From Patescibacteria group bacterium (GTDB lineage Bacteria > Patescibacteriota > Microgenomatia > UBA8517), in the NCBI GenBank assembly GCA_036835125.1, contig DAITMO010000001.1, positions 501,160-565,159 of the forward strand: DNA of 64,000 nt, in the 5' to 3' direction. The position numbers and the translations under genes were made by a program. Positions 49,776 through 59,970 of the stretch are shown in pieces (the stretch's first letter is position 1; the number at the start of each line of letters is the position of its first letter). Under the pieces are notes generated by a model. That model was given only the letters and a program-made list of their open reading frames with translations, did not search any database and was not told where the DNA came from.

Positions 49776-50348
49776 TTGGGAAAACAAAATCTTTTTTGGC
49801 GTACAGATTATTCAATTAGAGCTCCTTCTCTTAGGGTAATAGATTCAGAGGGGAAGTTAATTGGAGTATTAGCAAGGGATGAGGCTATTTTAAAAGCAAA
49901 GGAAGCAGGTCTTACATTAGTTGAGATTGCTCCCACAGCCAATCCACCAGTAGCCAAAATAGTTGATTTTGGAAAGTTTAGATATGCAGAAGAGAAAAAG
50001 GCTCGTACTGCAGCTAAAAAGGTAAAAGGTGGGGAAGTAAAAGAAATCAGGTTTTCACCATTTATAGGAGAGAATGATTTTGCAGTTAGGATCAAAAGAA
50101 TTAGAGAATTCTTTACCGATAAAAACAAAGTTAGAGTTGTGGTAGTTTTTAAAGGTCCTCAAATGAGGGTCAAAAATACAGGCTACGACCTAATAAACAA
50201 GATAAAAAATGAATTTGGTGATACAATTATCACCGATATGGAGCCAAAGTTTTTAGGGAAATACTTAGTAACAGTAATTTCTCCTTTAAACAAGGCAAAA
50301 GTAAAAGTTGAGGAAGAAAATAAACAAGATGCCAAAGAGGAAAGTTAG
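49776..50348 (+). CDS. infC: Translation initiation factor IF-3
   Basis: LRVIDSEGKLIGVL...LVEIAPTANPPVAKIVDFGKFRY...KEIRFSPFIGENDFAVRIKRIREFF. Confidence 0.85.
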   Translation: MGKQNLFWRTDYSIRAPSLRVIDSEGKLIGVLARDEAILKAKEAGLTLVEIAPTANPPVAKIVDFGKFRYAEEKKARTAAKKVKGGEVKEIRFSPFIGENDFAVRIKRIREFFTDKNKVRVVVVFKGPQMRVKNTGYDLINKIKNEFGDTIITDMEPKFLGKYLVTVISPLNKAKVKVEEENKQDAKEES

Positions 50349-50559
50349 AAAATCAATTACAAATAGATTTAAGGTTACCAAAACCGGTAAAGTTTTGCGT
50401 AGACAAGCTTTTAGAAGGCATATAAAAAGCACTAAAACTAGCAAGCAATTAAGAAACCTTAAAAGAGTTGTTGAACTTAAAGGCTTTTATGCCAAAAAAG
50501 TTAAGAAGGCTGTTGGCAAAAAAGTTCACAAGAAAATTGAGAAGAAATTAGAAAAATAA
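50308..50559 (+). CDS. rpmI: 50S ribosomal protein L35. The likely start is the MPKRKV codon at 50329.
   Basis: MPKRKVRKSITNRFKVTKTGKVLRRQAFRRH matches L35. It has a C-terminal Lys-rich extension. Confidence 0.8.
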   Translation: MRKKINKMPKRKVRKSITNRFKVTKTGKVLRRQAFRRHIKSTKTSKQLRNLKRVVELKGFYAKKVKKAVGKKVHKKIEKKLEK

Positions 50560-50565
50560 AAACAT

Positions 50566-50922
50566 ATGAGAGTTAAATCAGTATCAGCAATAAGACATAG
50601 AAAAATCATAAAAAGAGCAAAGGGTTATAGGCAAGCCAGAAGCAAGAGAATCCAAGTTGCAAAGGAAGCGGTACTTCATGCAGGTGCTTACGCGTATCAT
50701 GGTAGAAAATTAAAAAAGAGAAACTTAAGATCCATTTGGATTACAAGAATTGGAATCTCTGTTAAAAACTTAGGAATTTCATACTCAAAATTTATTGCAG
50801 GACTTAAAAAAGAAAAAATTGAGATAGATAGAAAGATCTTGTCCGAAATTGCAGTTAAAGACCCTGAAGCTTTCAAGAAAATTGTTAAAGAAGCAGGATT
50901 TAGTAATGCCCCCGAAAAATAA
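50566..50922 (+). CDS. rplT: 50S ribosomal protein L20
   Basis: MRVKSVSAIRHRKIIKRAKGYRQARSKRI...SIWITRIG is the L20 signature. Confidence 0.9.
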   Translation: MRVKSVSAIRHRKIIKRAKGYRQARSKRIQVAKEAVLHAGAYAYHGRKLKKRNLRSIWITRIGISVKNLGISYSKFIAGLKKEKIEIDRKILSEIAVKDPEAFKKIVKEAGFSNAPEK

Positions 50923-50950
50923 CGGAGGTATTGCAAGTGTCAAAAAGTAA

Positions 50951-50972
50951 GCCTCCGAAAGGAGGTTTTTTT
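50951..50972 (+). terminator. Rho-independent terminator after rplT
   Basis: GCCTCC-GAAA-GGAGGT followed by TTTTTTT. Nearly identical to the hairpin at 63268..63292. Confidence 0.6.
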
Positions 50973-51001
50973 GATTTATCAGCTAGTGTAGAATTATACA
51001 T

Positions 51002-52024
51002 ATGCAAGAAGATATTCTAAATCTTAAAAATCAAGCATTAGCCCAAATTATGTCTGCAGAGAGTGCAACAGAACTTGAACAAATAAGAATTGATTATTTC
51101 GGAAGAAGTGGAAAATTTACAACACTTGTAAAAGATATTAAAAATGTAGCTGCCGAAGAAAGAAAACATATTGGGCAAACTATAAACGAAACAAAAAAAT
51201 CTATTGAAGAGCTTATTGCAGGACAGAAAAATAGCTTTAAGGAAAATGCGAGAGCTTGGTTTGATCCTACAGTTCCTCCTGAAATGCCAAATGTTGGACA
51301 CATTCACTTCGTAACAAAAGCAATTGAGGAAATAACTGAAACCTTTGAGAAAATAGGATTCAGACGTGAGAGATATCCTGAAGTTGAATGGGATTACTTT
51401 GCATTTGGTGCGTTAAACTTCCCTGAGAATCATCCAGCGCGCGACGACTGGGAAACATTCTTTGTTGATGCAAAAGAGTCACCAAAATATGGTCCAATGC
51501 TTTTGACTCCCCACACCAGTAGTGGACAAATTAGAGAAATGCTAAAAGGGGAGCTTCCTATAAGAATGATTAACATTGCAAAGTGCTACCGAAGACAAAT
51601 TGATATAAGCCATTACCCAATGTTCTATCAGTTTGAAGGTTTAGTAGTTGATAAAGATGTTTCCATCACAAATCTAAAAGGAACAATTGATTACTTTGCA
51701 AAGTCTTTCTTGGGTCCTGAAAGAGTAACAAGACTAAGACCTTATCATTTTCAGTTTACAGAGCCATCTTTTGAAGTTGATGTTTCCTGTAATGTATGTG
51801 AAGGCAAAGGATGCAAGCTTTGCAAAGAGGGATGGCTTGAACTTGGTGGGGCAGGAATGGTTCACCCTAATGTATTAAAAGAATGTGGAATTGATCCTAA
51901 AATCCATTCCGGTTTTGCTTTTGGATGGGGGGTTGAGAGAACTTATATGATGAAGTCTGGACTTTCAGTTCCTGACGTCAGATTAGTTTATAGTGATGAC
52001 TTAAGAGTCTTAAAACAATTATAA
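51002..52024 (+). CDS. pheS: Phenylalanyl-tRNA synthetase alpha subunit
   Basis: Class II motifs (FRRERYPEVEWDYFAFGALNFPENHPARD; GFAFGWGVERTYMM). 340 aa. Confidence 0.9.
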   Translation: MQEDILNLKNQALAQIMSAESATELEQIRIDYFGRSGKFTTLVKDIKNVAAEERKHIGQTINETKKSIEELIAGQKNSFKENARAWFDPTVPPEMPNVGHIHFVTKAIEEITETFEKIGFRRERYPEVEWDYFAFGALNFPENHPARDDWETFFVDAKESPKYGPMLLTPHTSSGQIREMLKGELPIRMINIAKCYRRQIDISHYPMFYQFEGLVVDKDVSITNLKGTIDYFAKSFLGPERVTRLRPYHFQFTEPSFEVDVSCNVCEGKGCKLCKEGWLELGGAGMVHPNVLKECGIDPKIHSGFAFGWGVERTYMMKSGLSVPDVRLVYSDDLRVLKQL

Positions 52025-52026
52025 AA

Positions 52027-53988
52027 ATGGATATATTAATACCCGATTCCTGGCTTAAGAAGTTTTTGACAACTAAGGCAAAACCTAACGAAATTGAGAA
52101 GTATCTGAGCTTATGTGGACCATCTGTCGAAAGAATAAATAAAACTCCTGATGGAGACTCTGTTTATTCAATTGAGATAACAACAAACAGAACTGATTCA
52201 GCGGGAGTTTTAGGAATTGCAAGAGAAGCTCAAACAATTCTTCCAAGGTTTGGTATAGCCGCGAAGTTAAAAAACAAGGAAAGTGATAATTCTAAAAAAT
52301 TTAAGTTTGTTAAATCTGTTAAATATTTAGAGGCAACGGTGGACCCCAAACTATGCCCAAGGTTTACCGTGGCACTTATTAAAAATGTGACCATTAAAGA
52401 TTCTCCTAAAGAAGTTTGTTCTCTTCTTGAAAAGGTTGGTGTACGCCCAATCAATAATATAGTTGATGTCAGTAACTACATAATGCATGAGTTAGGACAA
52501 CCTGTTCACACCTTTGACTATGACAAGATTGGTGGCAAAAAAATGATTCTAAGAGCTGCCAAAATAGGTGAAAAAGTAACAACGCTTGATGGAAAGACCT
52601 TTGAACTTGGGGGAAGTGATATAACAATTGAGGATAGAGAAGGCCGTCTTATTGATCTCTGTGGAATTATGGGGGGGGAAAATTCAGCAGTTGATGAAAA
52701 CACAAAAAATGTTCTTCTCTTTATTCAAAATTACGAACAATATCATGTGCGACAAACTTCTATGAAACTTGCACAAAGGAGTGAGGCAGCTGCTCTTTTT
52801 GAAAAAGGAATTGATTCTGAAGGAGTAGCACCTGCAATGCTTTCGGCAATTGAAATGATTGAGGAGAGTTCGGGAGGAGTTTCGGAAAAAGAAATATTAG
52901 ATATTTACCCTGCTCCTTATAAAGAAAAATTTGTTTCAATCAGTTTGGAATTGATGGAGAGAATAATAGGAGTAAAAATTGCAAGGAAAGACATTACAAA
53001 TTATCTAACCTCACTTGGATTTAGTGTAACTTGGAACGGAGATGCGCTGAAGGCTGGTGTCCCATCATTTAGGGCAAGCGATATTAATATTCCAGAAGAT
53101 ATCGCTGAAGAAGTGGCAAGAATTTATGGATACCACAATTTACCAAATGTTCTTATGGAGGGGCCGCTTCCAAAACCAAAAACAAATAAGTCTTACAAAG
53201 TTGAAAATACAATCAGGCAGACGTTAAAGGGTTTAGGGGCAGTAGAGGTTTATAATTTATCTCTCACAAACAAAGATGATGCAGGAGAAGATGCCTTAAG
53301 GCTCATTAACCCATTGGGAACAGATACTGAATATCTACGAACAAGCTTAAGGCCTTCCCTGATTAAGAATATAGATGACAACCCGCAAGAAGAAGGAAAG
53401 ATTCATTTGTTTGAAATTGCTAATATTTATCTACCACGCAGAAATGATTTACCTGAAGAAAGATTAATTCTTGGAGGAATTATTAAAAATGGTGATTTTA
53501 GAAAAAATAAAAGTCTTGTCTTTGCCATCCTTTCAGAACTTGATATTGATTTCACAAGCAAAGTTGAAGAGGGTAACGGGTATCTGCCTGGACAAAGAAT
53601 CTCCATCTTCTCTCACAATCAAAAAATAGGGGAGTATGGAAACCTTCTTAATGGATATTTTTATTATGAATTTGATGTTCAAATACTAGTGGATATAGAA
53701 AAAGTAATTAAAAAATATAAAGAACCATCTAAATATCCTGCTCAAATTGAGGACATTACATTAATTCTTCCGGCAAAAACTAGAGTAGGTGATATCTTGG
53801 ATTACATTCCTCCAATCCATCGATGGATTAATGATGTAAAACTTGTCAATGTTTATAAAAATGCATATACATTTAGAATTTGGTATCACGATGAAGAGAA
53901 AACTTTAACTGATGTTGAAGTTGGCAAAGTTAGAACCGAAATTGTTAAATCCCTCAAATCAAAGTTTGGAGTGAATATTAAAGAGTGA
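52027..53988 (+). CDS. pheT: Phenylalanyl-tRNA synthetase beta subunit, shortened form
   Basis: Directly follows pheS. B3/B4, B5 and class II-like core segments, and a C-terminal anticodon-binding-like domain. 653 aa against a typical 800. Confidence 0.85.
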   Translation: MDILIPDSWLKKFLTTKAKPNEIEKYLSLCGPSVERINKTPDGDSVYSIEITTNRTDSAGVLGIAREAQTILPRFGIAAKLKNKESDNSKKFKFVKSVKYLEATVDPKLCPRFTVALIKNVTIKDSPKEVCSLLEKVGVRPINNIVDVSNYIMHELGQPVHTFDYDKIGGKKMILRAAKIGEKVTTLDGKTFELGGSDITIEDREGRLIDLCGIMGGENSAVDENTKNVLLFIQNYEQYHVRQTSMKLAQRSEAAALFEKGIDSEGVAPAMLSAIEMIEESSGGVSEKEILDIYPAPYKEKFVSISLELMERIIGVKIARKDITNYLTSLGFSVTWNGDALKAGVPSFRASDINIPEDIAEEVARIYGYHNLPNVLMEGPLPKPKTNKSYKVENTIRQTLKGLGAVEVYNLSLTNKDDAGEDALRLINPLGTDTEYLRTSLRPSLIKNIDDNPQEEGKIHLFEIANIYLPRRNDLPEERLILGGIIKNGDFRKNKSLVFAILSELDIDFTSKVEEGNGYLPGQRISIFSHNQKIGEYGNLLNGYFYYEFDVQILVDIEKVIKKYKEPSKYPAQIEDITLILPAKTRVGDILDYIPPIHRWINDVKLVNVYKNAYTFRIWYHDEEKTLTDVEVGKVRTEIVKSLKSKFGVNIKE

Positions 53989-56529
53989 TTACTTCACATT
54001 AATTGTGATGCTTTTTGAAGACTGATGATTTTCAGAATCCGTTGCCGAAACTGATAATGTGTGAGAACCGCTTGTGACACCCCCTATATCACATTTATAA
54101 GTATTGGCTCCAGTGTTTGAAGTGCACTTTTGAGTTCCATCCAGTGAAAGCTTAACTTCACTTAATGTAGAGCTCGAGCTGACTGTATAGTTAGCTGTAA
54201 AGGACGAACTTATATCACTGTCTCCATCTCTAGGTCCAGTAAAACTAATGCTAATTGGATCGCTTGTTCCGCAGTATTCAGTTGGGGGATGATACTTTGA
54301 ATCAGCTTGATTGCTAAGCCAGCTTAATATTCCTTCTTGCCACTTGTTTGTTCCACCCGAACCTGCCGTCGGATCCTCTTCTTTGAAAAGATAATATTCT
54401 TTGTAATCAAAATTGTTTGATGAGATATCACTTGGTGTTGCAAGTTTTCCATCACTTTTACAAACCTTCAAGAGAAGATGAATTGGGTCGTCCAGTGTCG
54501 GTTCAGTTCCTCTTATAAAATACTCAAAACGACTAGCAAAATTGTCATGAGCGGGGTAGCCCGAAACTGTATCAACAGAAATTTGATTTATATCATCAGG
54601 AACCTTGAAAGATACTGCAGGTTTTCCTTTGATAGCTCGTACTGTAATGTTATGCCAGATCGGGGAAGCTCCACTTACTCCTGAGGCAACATTTAACATT
54701 GAGCTATTATCATTGTTTCCCACCCAGACTCCAACCATGGCATTATCGTTTCCTCCAATAGTCCAGTTATCTTTTTTATCATTTGTAGTACCGGTTTTAA
54801 CCATAACATTGGCAATATTAAGATATGATGTCAATCCAAAAGTGTCCTTTCTTGCTTCATTGTCTGAAAGAATACTGTTGATCAAGAATGCTTGACCGGA
54901 AGTCAGAACTTGTTTCCCTTTTTGTGGGGTATTGTCTTCTAATACCTTTCCATCTTTGTCTGTAACCTTTAAGATGGAAACGGGTTCAACTCTATAACCA
55001 CCATTTACAAAAGCACTATAAGCAACTGTCATATCAATGAGTCGTACTTCACCCCCACCCAAAGTGAGAGATAATCCAACTCTTTTAAGAGTATCTGCCG
55101 TTGGGGGAAGGGTTGTGATTCCTATATCTGTTGCGGTCTCTAAAACATTTTTAATTCCAACCATAGCCAGCATTTTTACAGCAGGAACATTTCTGGAATT
55201 TGCCAGCGCATAGCGGACTTGTATGGGACCAACAAATTTTCCATCATAGTTAACAGGATTATAATCAGGTTGAGATTCTCCTCCGGGGAAAGTGGTTGGA
55301 ACATCCATCAAAAGTGTGGCAGGGGAATATCCTTTTTTGAAAGCTGTGACATAAGTGAACGGTTTAAAAGAGCTTCCGGGCTGTCTAAGTGAGGTTGTCA
55401 CATTTACTTGTCCGTCATAGTCTTCGGCAAAAAAGTTTTTAGAACCAACCATAGACAATATTTCACCAGTTTCTGGGTCGATTACCACAGCAGCTCCATT
55501 TGTGATGTGCTGTTTTTCAACTTTGGCAATTTCGTCTGTCACAATCTGCTGGGCTTTATCTTGCAAGTCCAGATCCAGTGTTGTTATAACTGTTAAACCT
55601 CCCTGTTCAACTGCTGATTGTCCATAAGTCTCTTCCAAAATTTTTTCCACATATTGTACAAAGTGCGGTGCATTCAAGCTTGCTCCTTTAGTTTTAAACT
55701 GATACCCTGCAATTGATTCCACTGCAGAATTCATTTGATCCTTTGAAATATATCCATCTTCCTCCATTCTTCTTAAAACATCTTTAGTGCGAGCCACATA
55801 TGCTGTGGGGGTAGAGGAATAAGGTGAATACGAGGATGGGGACTGAGGAAGACCTGCTAGTATTGCACATTCTACAAGGTTCAAATCTTTAACATCTTTT
55901 CCGAAATATGTTTCAGAAGCAGCGCCAACTCCCCATGAAGTTCCTCCATATGGAGCTTCATTTAAATACATTTGAAGGATTTCGTCCTTTGTATATTTCT
56001 TTTCTATTTGGATAGCCAATACAAACTCCTTAATCTTTCTGATAACTGTTCTGTCGTTTGTCAAAAGAACATTTTTAACAAGCTGTTGGGTGAGGGTAGA
56101 TCCACCTGCCATTCTTCCTCTTGTGAATATTCTTAAGAAGCCTCTGACCATACCAATCAAATCAAATCCCTGATGCTTGTAGAAGTTTTTGTCCTCAATG
56201 GCAACTGTGGCTTCTCTCAAATATTCTGGCATATCAGAAAGAGCAACTGGAGTTCTATTTTGGTTAGCATAAATGTCATAAAGAAGATTTCCATTTCTAT
56301 CCAAAATTTTAGTTGAAAAGCCCTGTGTCCTAACAATCTTATCAGGTGAGGGAAGGTTAAAAGCCAGAAGGGGAAGAACAAAGAAAAGAAAAATAAAAAG
56401 ACCTATTGCTCCAAAGAATGCTATTTTTGCCCATTTAGCTAGTTTTCTACTTTTGAGAACAGACTTTCCATACACCCTTCTATCTCTCCAGGTTGTTCTT
56501 CGTCTAGCATTCTTCCAGTTGTAACTCAT
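53989..56529 (-). CDS. Class A penicillin-binding protein (bifunctional transglycosylase/transpeptidase) with a C-terminal Ig-like extension
   Basis: N-terminal TM helix; GT51 motifs (GGSTLTQQLVKN); transpeptidase SSFKPF, SRN and KTGTTND motifs; Ser/Thr-rich beta-rich tail. Confidence 0.85.
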   Translation of the reverse strand: MSYNWKNARRRTTWRDRRVYGKSVLKSRKLAKWAKIAFFGAIGLFIFLFFVLPLLAFNLPSPDKIVRTQGFSTKILDRNGNLLYDIYANQNRTPVALSDMPEYLREATVAIEDKNFYKHQGFDLIGMVRGFLRIFTRGRMAGGSTLTQQLVKNVLLTNDRTVIRKIKEFVLAIQIEKKYTKDEILQMYLNEAPYGGTSWGVGAASETYFGKDVKDLNLVECAILAGLPQSPSSYSPYSSTPTAYVARTKDVLRRMEEDGYISKDQMNSAVESIAGYQFKTKGASLNAPHFVQYVEKILEETYGQSAVEQGGLTVITTLDLDLQDKAQQIVTDEIAKVEKQHITNGAAVVIDPETGEILSMVGSKNFFAEDYDGQVNVTTSLRQPGSSFKPFTYVTAFKKGYSPATLLMDVPTTFPGGESQPDYNPVNYDGKFVGPIQVRYALANSRNVPAVKMLAMVGIKNVLETATDIGITTLPPTADTLKRVGLSLTLGGGEVRLIDMTVAYSAFVNGGYRVEPVSILKVTDKDGKVLEDNTPQKGKQVLTSGQAFLINSILSDNEARKDTFGLTSYLNIANVMVKTGTTNDKKDNWTIGGNDNAMVGVWVGNNDNSSMLNVASGVSGASPIWHNITVRAIKGKPAVSFKVPDDINQISVDTVSGYPAHDNFASRFEYFIRGTEPTLDDPIHLLLKVCKSDGKLATPSDISSNNFDYKEYYLFKEEDPTAGSGGTNKWQEGILSWLSNQADSKYHPPTEYCGTSDPISISFTGPRDGDSDISSSFTANYTVSSSSTLSEVKLSLDGTQKCTSNTGANTYKCDIGGVTSGSHTLSVSATDSENHQSSKSITINVK

Positions 56530-56612
56530 GCTTCATTGTATCAATTTGTGAAAACTAAAGGCAAATCTTGTTTAAAACCAAATTGACTAGTCTTATTATG
56601 AAGAAAGAAAGG

Positions 56613-56996
56613 TCATTTCTTGCAAGGGTCTTTAAACATTCCCAGAATTGAATCCTCAACCAGTTGTCGATTGGCTATATCGACACCTTCTAACCTGTGA
56701 TAATTATCCGTCTTTGTATTACCAATAAAAGAAATTGCTGGTTCTGTTATAGACACAATAAAGTAGTTATTTGCATTGTTTTCGCTTTTTTCCCAATCTA
56801 CCGTAACGACCATCTTTCTACCATCTTCAATCACGTTTTCTGAAATTTTTATTTCAGGTAATTGCGATGATATATCTTTAAGTACTTCCAATACCTGAGA
56901 CGATTCAATATTCTCAACAAGCTTGATAGATGGATTCAGCAAATCCTTGTTTGAACTGGAGCCAATAATCTGTCTAACTTTTTCTACTATAGCCAT
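56613..56996 (-). CDS. Hypothetical protein
   Basis: 127-aa ORF. I recognise no motifs. Confidence 0.35.
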   Translation of the reverse strand: MAIVEKVRQIIGSSSNKDLLNPSIKLVENIESSQVLEVLKDISSQLPEIKISENVIEDGRKMVVTVDWEKSENNANNYFIVSITEPAISFIGNTKTDNYHRLEGVDIANRQLVEDSILGMFKDPCKK

Positions 56997-57029
56997 AATT
57001 GAACTGAAGTTTAAACCTGGTAATAAAGA

Positions 57030-58142
57030 TTGTCAACACCAGCCACTCCCTATTGTAAGCGATTCCTGTCGTGTTGCATTCAAAACAAATTAATAGTAGT
57101 ATCTTACATTAATATGTTTGATTCTAAAAAACACATAAACAACCTTATCAACAATAAGTATTATAAAAATCTGTTGTTGCTTAGAAACGATTTGGAAATT
57201 GGTTGCGATAAATACTTCCAAACACTTAAGGCCCCAAAGGTTGATTTATATCTTATTTCTAAATCTGTTTCGTCTCCAATTGCTCTAGGATCAGATTCTA
57301 AACCCATAAATTTTCGACTAGATAATGATAATTATTTTCTGGCTGATTCTTCACAGTTTGGTATGGAACCACTACTTTTTAATTCAAATAAAATTGTTTA
57401 TTGTTATTTACCATCGTTTAGGGGTGAAGATCCTGACAACAGACATTTGAACCAATTTTACCATTGTGAGACCGAACTTTTGGGTGATTGTTCAAAAGCA
57501 ATGGATGTTGCAGAGGGTTTGATCAAAGCACTTATAGAAGTTGTTGTAGAAAATACAAAGAAAAGCAACAAACTTTCACAAATCAAGGATTCTAAATTGT
57601 TGGCAAACATCTCTAAGACAAAATTTCCTAAGATAACTTTTGATGAAGCCGTATTGCTTTTAGAAAATAATAATCTTGGGTCGCTCATTGAACGCAAAAG
57701 CTTTGGCAGAATTTTAACAACTAAGGCAGAAAACGCAATCACAAGATTGGTTAGTGATAATAAACTTCCCGTATGGGTCACTGATTATGACAGAGACACT
57801 GTGGCTTTTTATCAAATGCCAAATCCAAAAGATAGCAATAAGGTTTTTAATGCCGATCTAATAGCTCCTCAGTTAATTAAAAATAGCTTTGGTGGAGAAA
57901 TTCTAGGTCTTGGCCAAAGACAAAATAAAGCAGAGAGTATTCTTGAATCAATGAAAAGGCAGAAAATTAAAAACACGGGCCAATACGATTGGTATATTAA
58001 ACTACGAAAAAATCCAAAATACAGAACAACTTCTGGTTTTGGTTTGGGAATAGAAAGGTTTTTAACGTGGTCATTGGGTTTGGAAAATTTAGCGGATGTT
58101 TGTTTATACCCCGTGTTAAAAGGGTCTAGTATGCAGTACTAA
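57030..58142 (+). CDS. Class II aminoacyl-tRNA-synthetase-like catalytic-domain-only protein (AsxRS-type; AsnA/EpmA-like paralog). The start may be the Met at 57114.
   Basis: Motif-2-like SFRGEDPDNRHLNQFYHCETEL and motif-3-like SGFGLGIERFLTWSLGLENLADVCLYP. There is no N-terminal anticodon-binding OB domain. Confidence 0.55.
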   Translation: MSTPATPYCKRFLSCCIQNKLIVVSYINMFDSKKHINNLINNKYYKNLLLLRNDLEIGCDKYFQTLKAPKVDLYLISKSVSSPIALGSDSKPINFRLDNDNYFLADSSQFGMEPLLFNSNKIVYCYLPSFRGEDPDNRHLNQFYHCETELLGDCSKAMDVAEGLIKALIEVVVENTKKSNKLSQIKDSKLLANISKTKFPKITFDEAVLLLENNNLGSLIERKSFGRILTTKAENAITRLVSDNKLPVWVTDYDRDTVAFYQMPNPKDSNKVFNADLIAPQLIKNSFGGEILGLGQRQNKAESILESMKRQKIKNTGQYDWYIKLRKNPKYRTTSGFGLGIERFLTWSLGLENLADVCLYPVLKGSSMQY

Positions 58143-58143
58143 C

Positions 58144-58983
58144 ATGGTCAAAAACTTATTTAAAAAATTTTTTCAAGATTATTCAAAAAATGTAGATAAT
58201 GCCAACAATCAATTTTTTTGGAGACTTTCTGACGACATAATCTTAAGCATAATCACAAAACATATTAAAAATTCACCGTCGAAAAAAGCAGTGATACTAG
58301 ATGCAGGTGGAGGAACGGGCAGGTGGATTGGAATAATGTCTAAAAAATTTAATTCTAAATTTATCTTATATGATTTGTCTTCAGATATGCTGAATATGGC
58401 TAAAAACAAAAAAGATTTGGAATGTTTAAAGGATAGACTAGAAATTGTTCAGGGTGATATTCAGAATATGTTTAAAATAAAAAGCTCATCTGTTGATTAT
58501 GTAACAAGTATATACAATCCTGTAAGTTTCGTTGAAAATCCAATTCTGTTTTTTAAAGAAATTAAAAGAATTTTAAAGAAAGGTGGCATTGCTGTGGTTA
58601 TGGGCCAAGGGTTTACGAATGCTATTGCTTCAAAAATAAACAATTATTTGGCAGAAGCAAAAGAGCTGACAGTTTTAGACAAAGAAGAAAAAGTAAAATG
58701 GAATCCCAACCTTGCAGCTTTAAATGTATTTTCAAAGGAATCTATTGAGAATTTAGCAAATAAAGCTGGGTTAAAACTTATCAATACTTATGGTATTCCG
58801 GTTTTTCTCCAGCCAGGACCAGAAGATTTTGATTCTGAAAATAAACAAAGAAGTAGAGTCTCAACAAAACTAGAGGCAGACAATAAATTTTATAAAGCTG
58901 TATATAAGCTTGAGATGAAATATAATTCGAAAAACACCATGGTTGATAGGGGTATGAATTTAATGGTTGTCGTTCAAAAATAA
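58144..58983 (+). CDS. Class I SAM-dependent methyltransferase
   Basis: Motif I ILDAGGGTGRW, the post-I acidic residue LYDLS and motif IV-like VQGDIQN. Starts 2 nt after the previous stop. Confidence 0.55.
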   Translation: MVKNLFKKFFQDYSKNVDNANNQFFWRLSDDIILSIITKHIKNSPSKKAVILDAGGGTGRWIGIMSKKFNSKFILYDLSSDMLNMAKNKKDLECLKDRLEIVQGDIQNMFKIKSSSVDYVTSIYNPVSFVENPILFFKEIKRILKKGGIAVVMGQGFTNAIASKINNYLAEAKELTVLDKEEKVKWNPNLAALNVFSKESIENLANKAGLKLINTYGIPVFLQPGPEDFDSENKQRSRVSTKLEADNKFYKAVYKLEMKYNSKNTMVDRGMNLMVVVQK

Positions 58984-58992
58984 AAAGAACTT

Positions 58993-59970
58993 CTAATGAG
59001 ATAAAATCTTAATATCACAGTTTTTGTTTCCTATTAACAATTTAGCTGTTCCACCAATTGGAAATGTTGTTCTGGGATCGGTATGTCCAAAATCAACATT
59101 GGCAACAATAGGGATGCCTTTTAACATTTTGTTATTGGAGATAATTGTTTTTAATATATCGTTTGTCATAGAGGAACCCTTTTGAAATCTTCCAATAACA
59201 ATTCCTTTAACTTTATCAAACCCTTCCTGCTGTGATAATGAGGTCAAATCTCTATCAAAAGTTTGCGGTTTAGACTCTTGATCATCTTCTAAAAACAATA
59301 TAGCATTCTCTAGTTTTGGAAAATACTCAGTACCCTGAAGCAAATTAAAAGTGCAAAGGTTTCCACCAATTATCTGGCCCTCAGTATTACCATTGCAGAT
59401 ATTCAAAAAGCCGTCATTTAATATCAAATTCCTTTTTTCTTGATCTATATACCACTTATCATCACTCCATTGACTGCTAGGACGAACAAAGTATGGTTTT
59501 TTATCCATTAGACACTTTCTGAAATAATCCATTGTATAATCCAAATACTTTTTTTGTGTGAATGAAGAATAATGTGGTCCAGAATAAGTTACCAAGTCTG
59601 TTTTTGTAAGAATCGCATTATTTAGAATCGTTACATCAGAGAAACCACAAAACACCTTGGGATTGTTTTTAATAATCTTCCAATCAAGGTAGCCTAATAA
59701 TTGATTGGAGTTTGATCCACCTATTACACTCAAAATACCTTTAACATTAACATCCGAAAAAGCATCATGTATATCAGATACTCTACTTTTTATGCTTGAA
59801 GAAGATAAATCATCAATTTCTTCGGCATGTTTACCGAAACTCAACAACAAACCTAGTTCCGCAAAATTTTTTTCTGCAATTTTCCTTTGTTCATCACTAA
59901 TTATCGACAAAGAAAGCCCTGGAGCTACAACCCGGACCTCGTCTCCTTTTTTTAGCTTTGGTGGTATCAT
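58993..59970 (-). CDS. Peptidase S66 family protein (LD-carboxypeptidase LdcA / microcin C immunity MccF-type)
   Basis: N-terminus LKKGDEVRVVAPG, nucleophile motif GFSDVTILNNAIL, and a C-terminal His region. 325 aa. Confidence 0.65.
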   Translation of the reverse strand: MIPPKLKKGDEVRVVAPGLSLSIISDEQRKIAEKNFAELGLLLSFGKHAEEIDDLSSSSIKSRVSDIHDAFSDVNVKGILSVIGGSNSNQLLGYLDWKIIKNNPKVFCGFSDVTILNNAILTKTDLVTYSGPHYSSFTQKKYLDYTMDYFRKCLMDKKPYFVRPSSQWSDDKWYIDQEKRNLILNDGFLNICNGNTEGQIIGGNLCTFNLLQGTEYFPKLENAILFLEDDQESKPQTFDRDLTSLSQQEGFDKVKGIVIGRFQKGSSMTNDILKTIISNNKMLKGIPIVANVDFGHTDPRTTFPIGGTAKLLIGNKNCDIKILSH

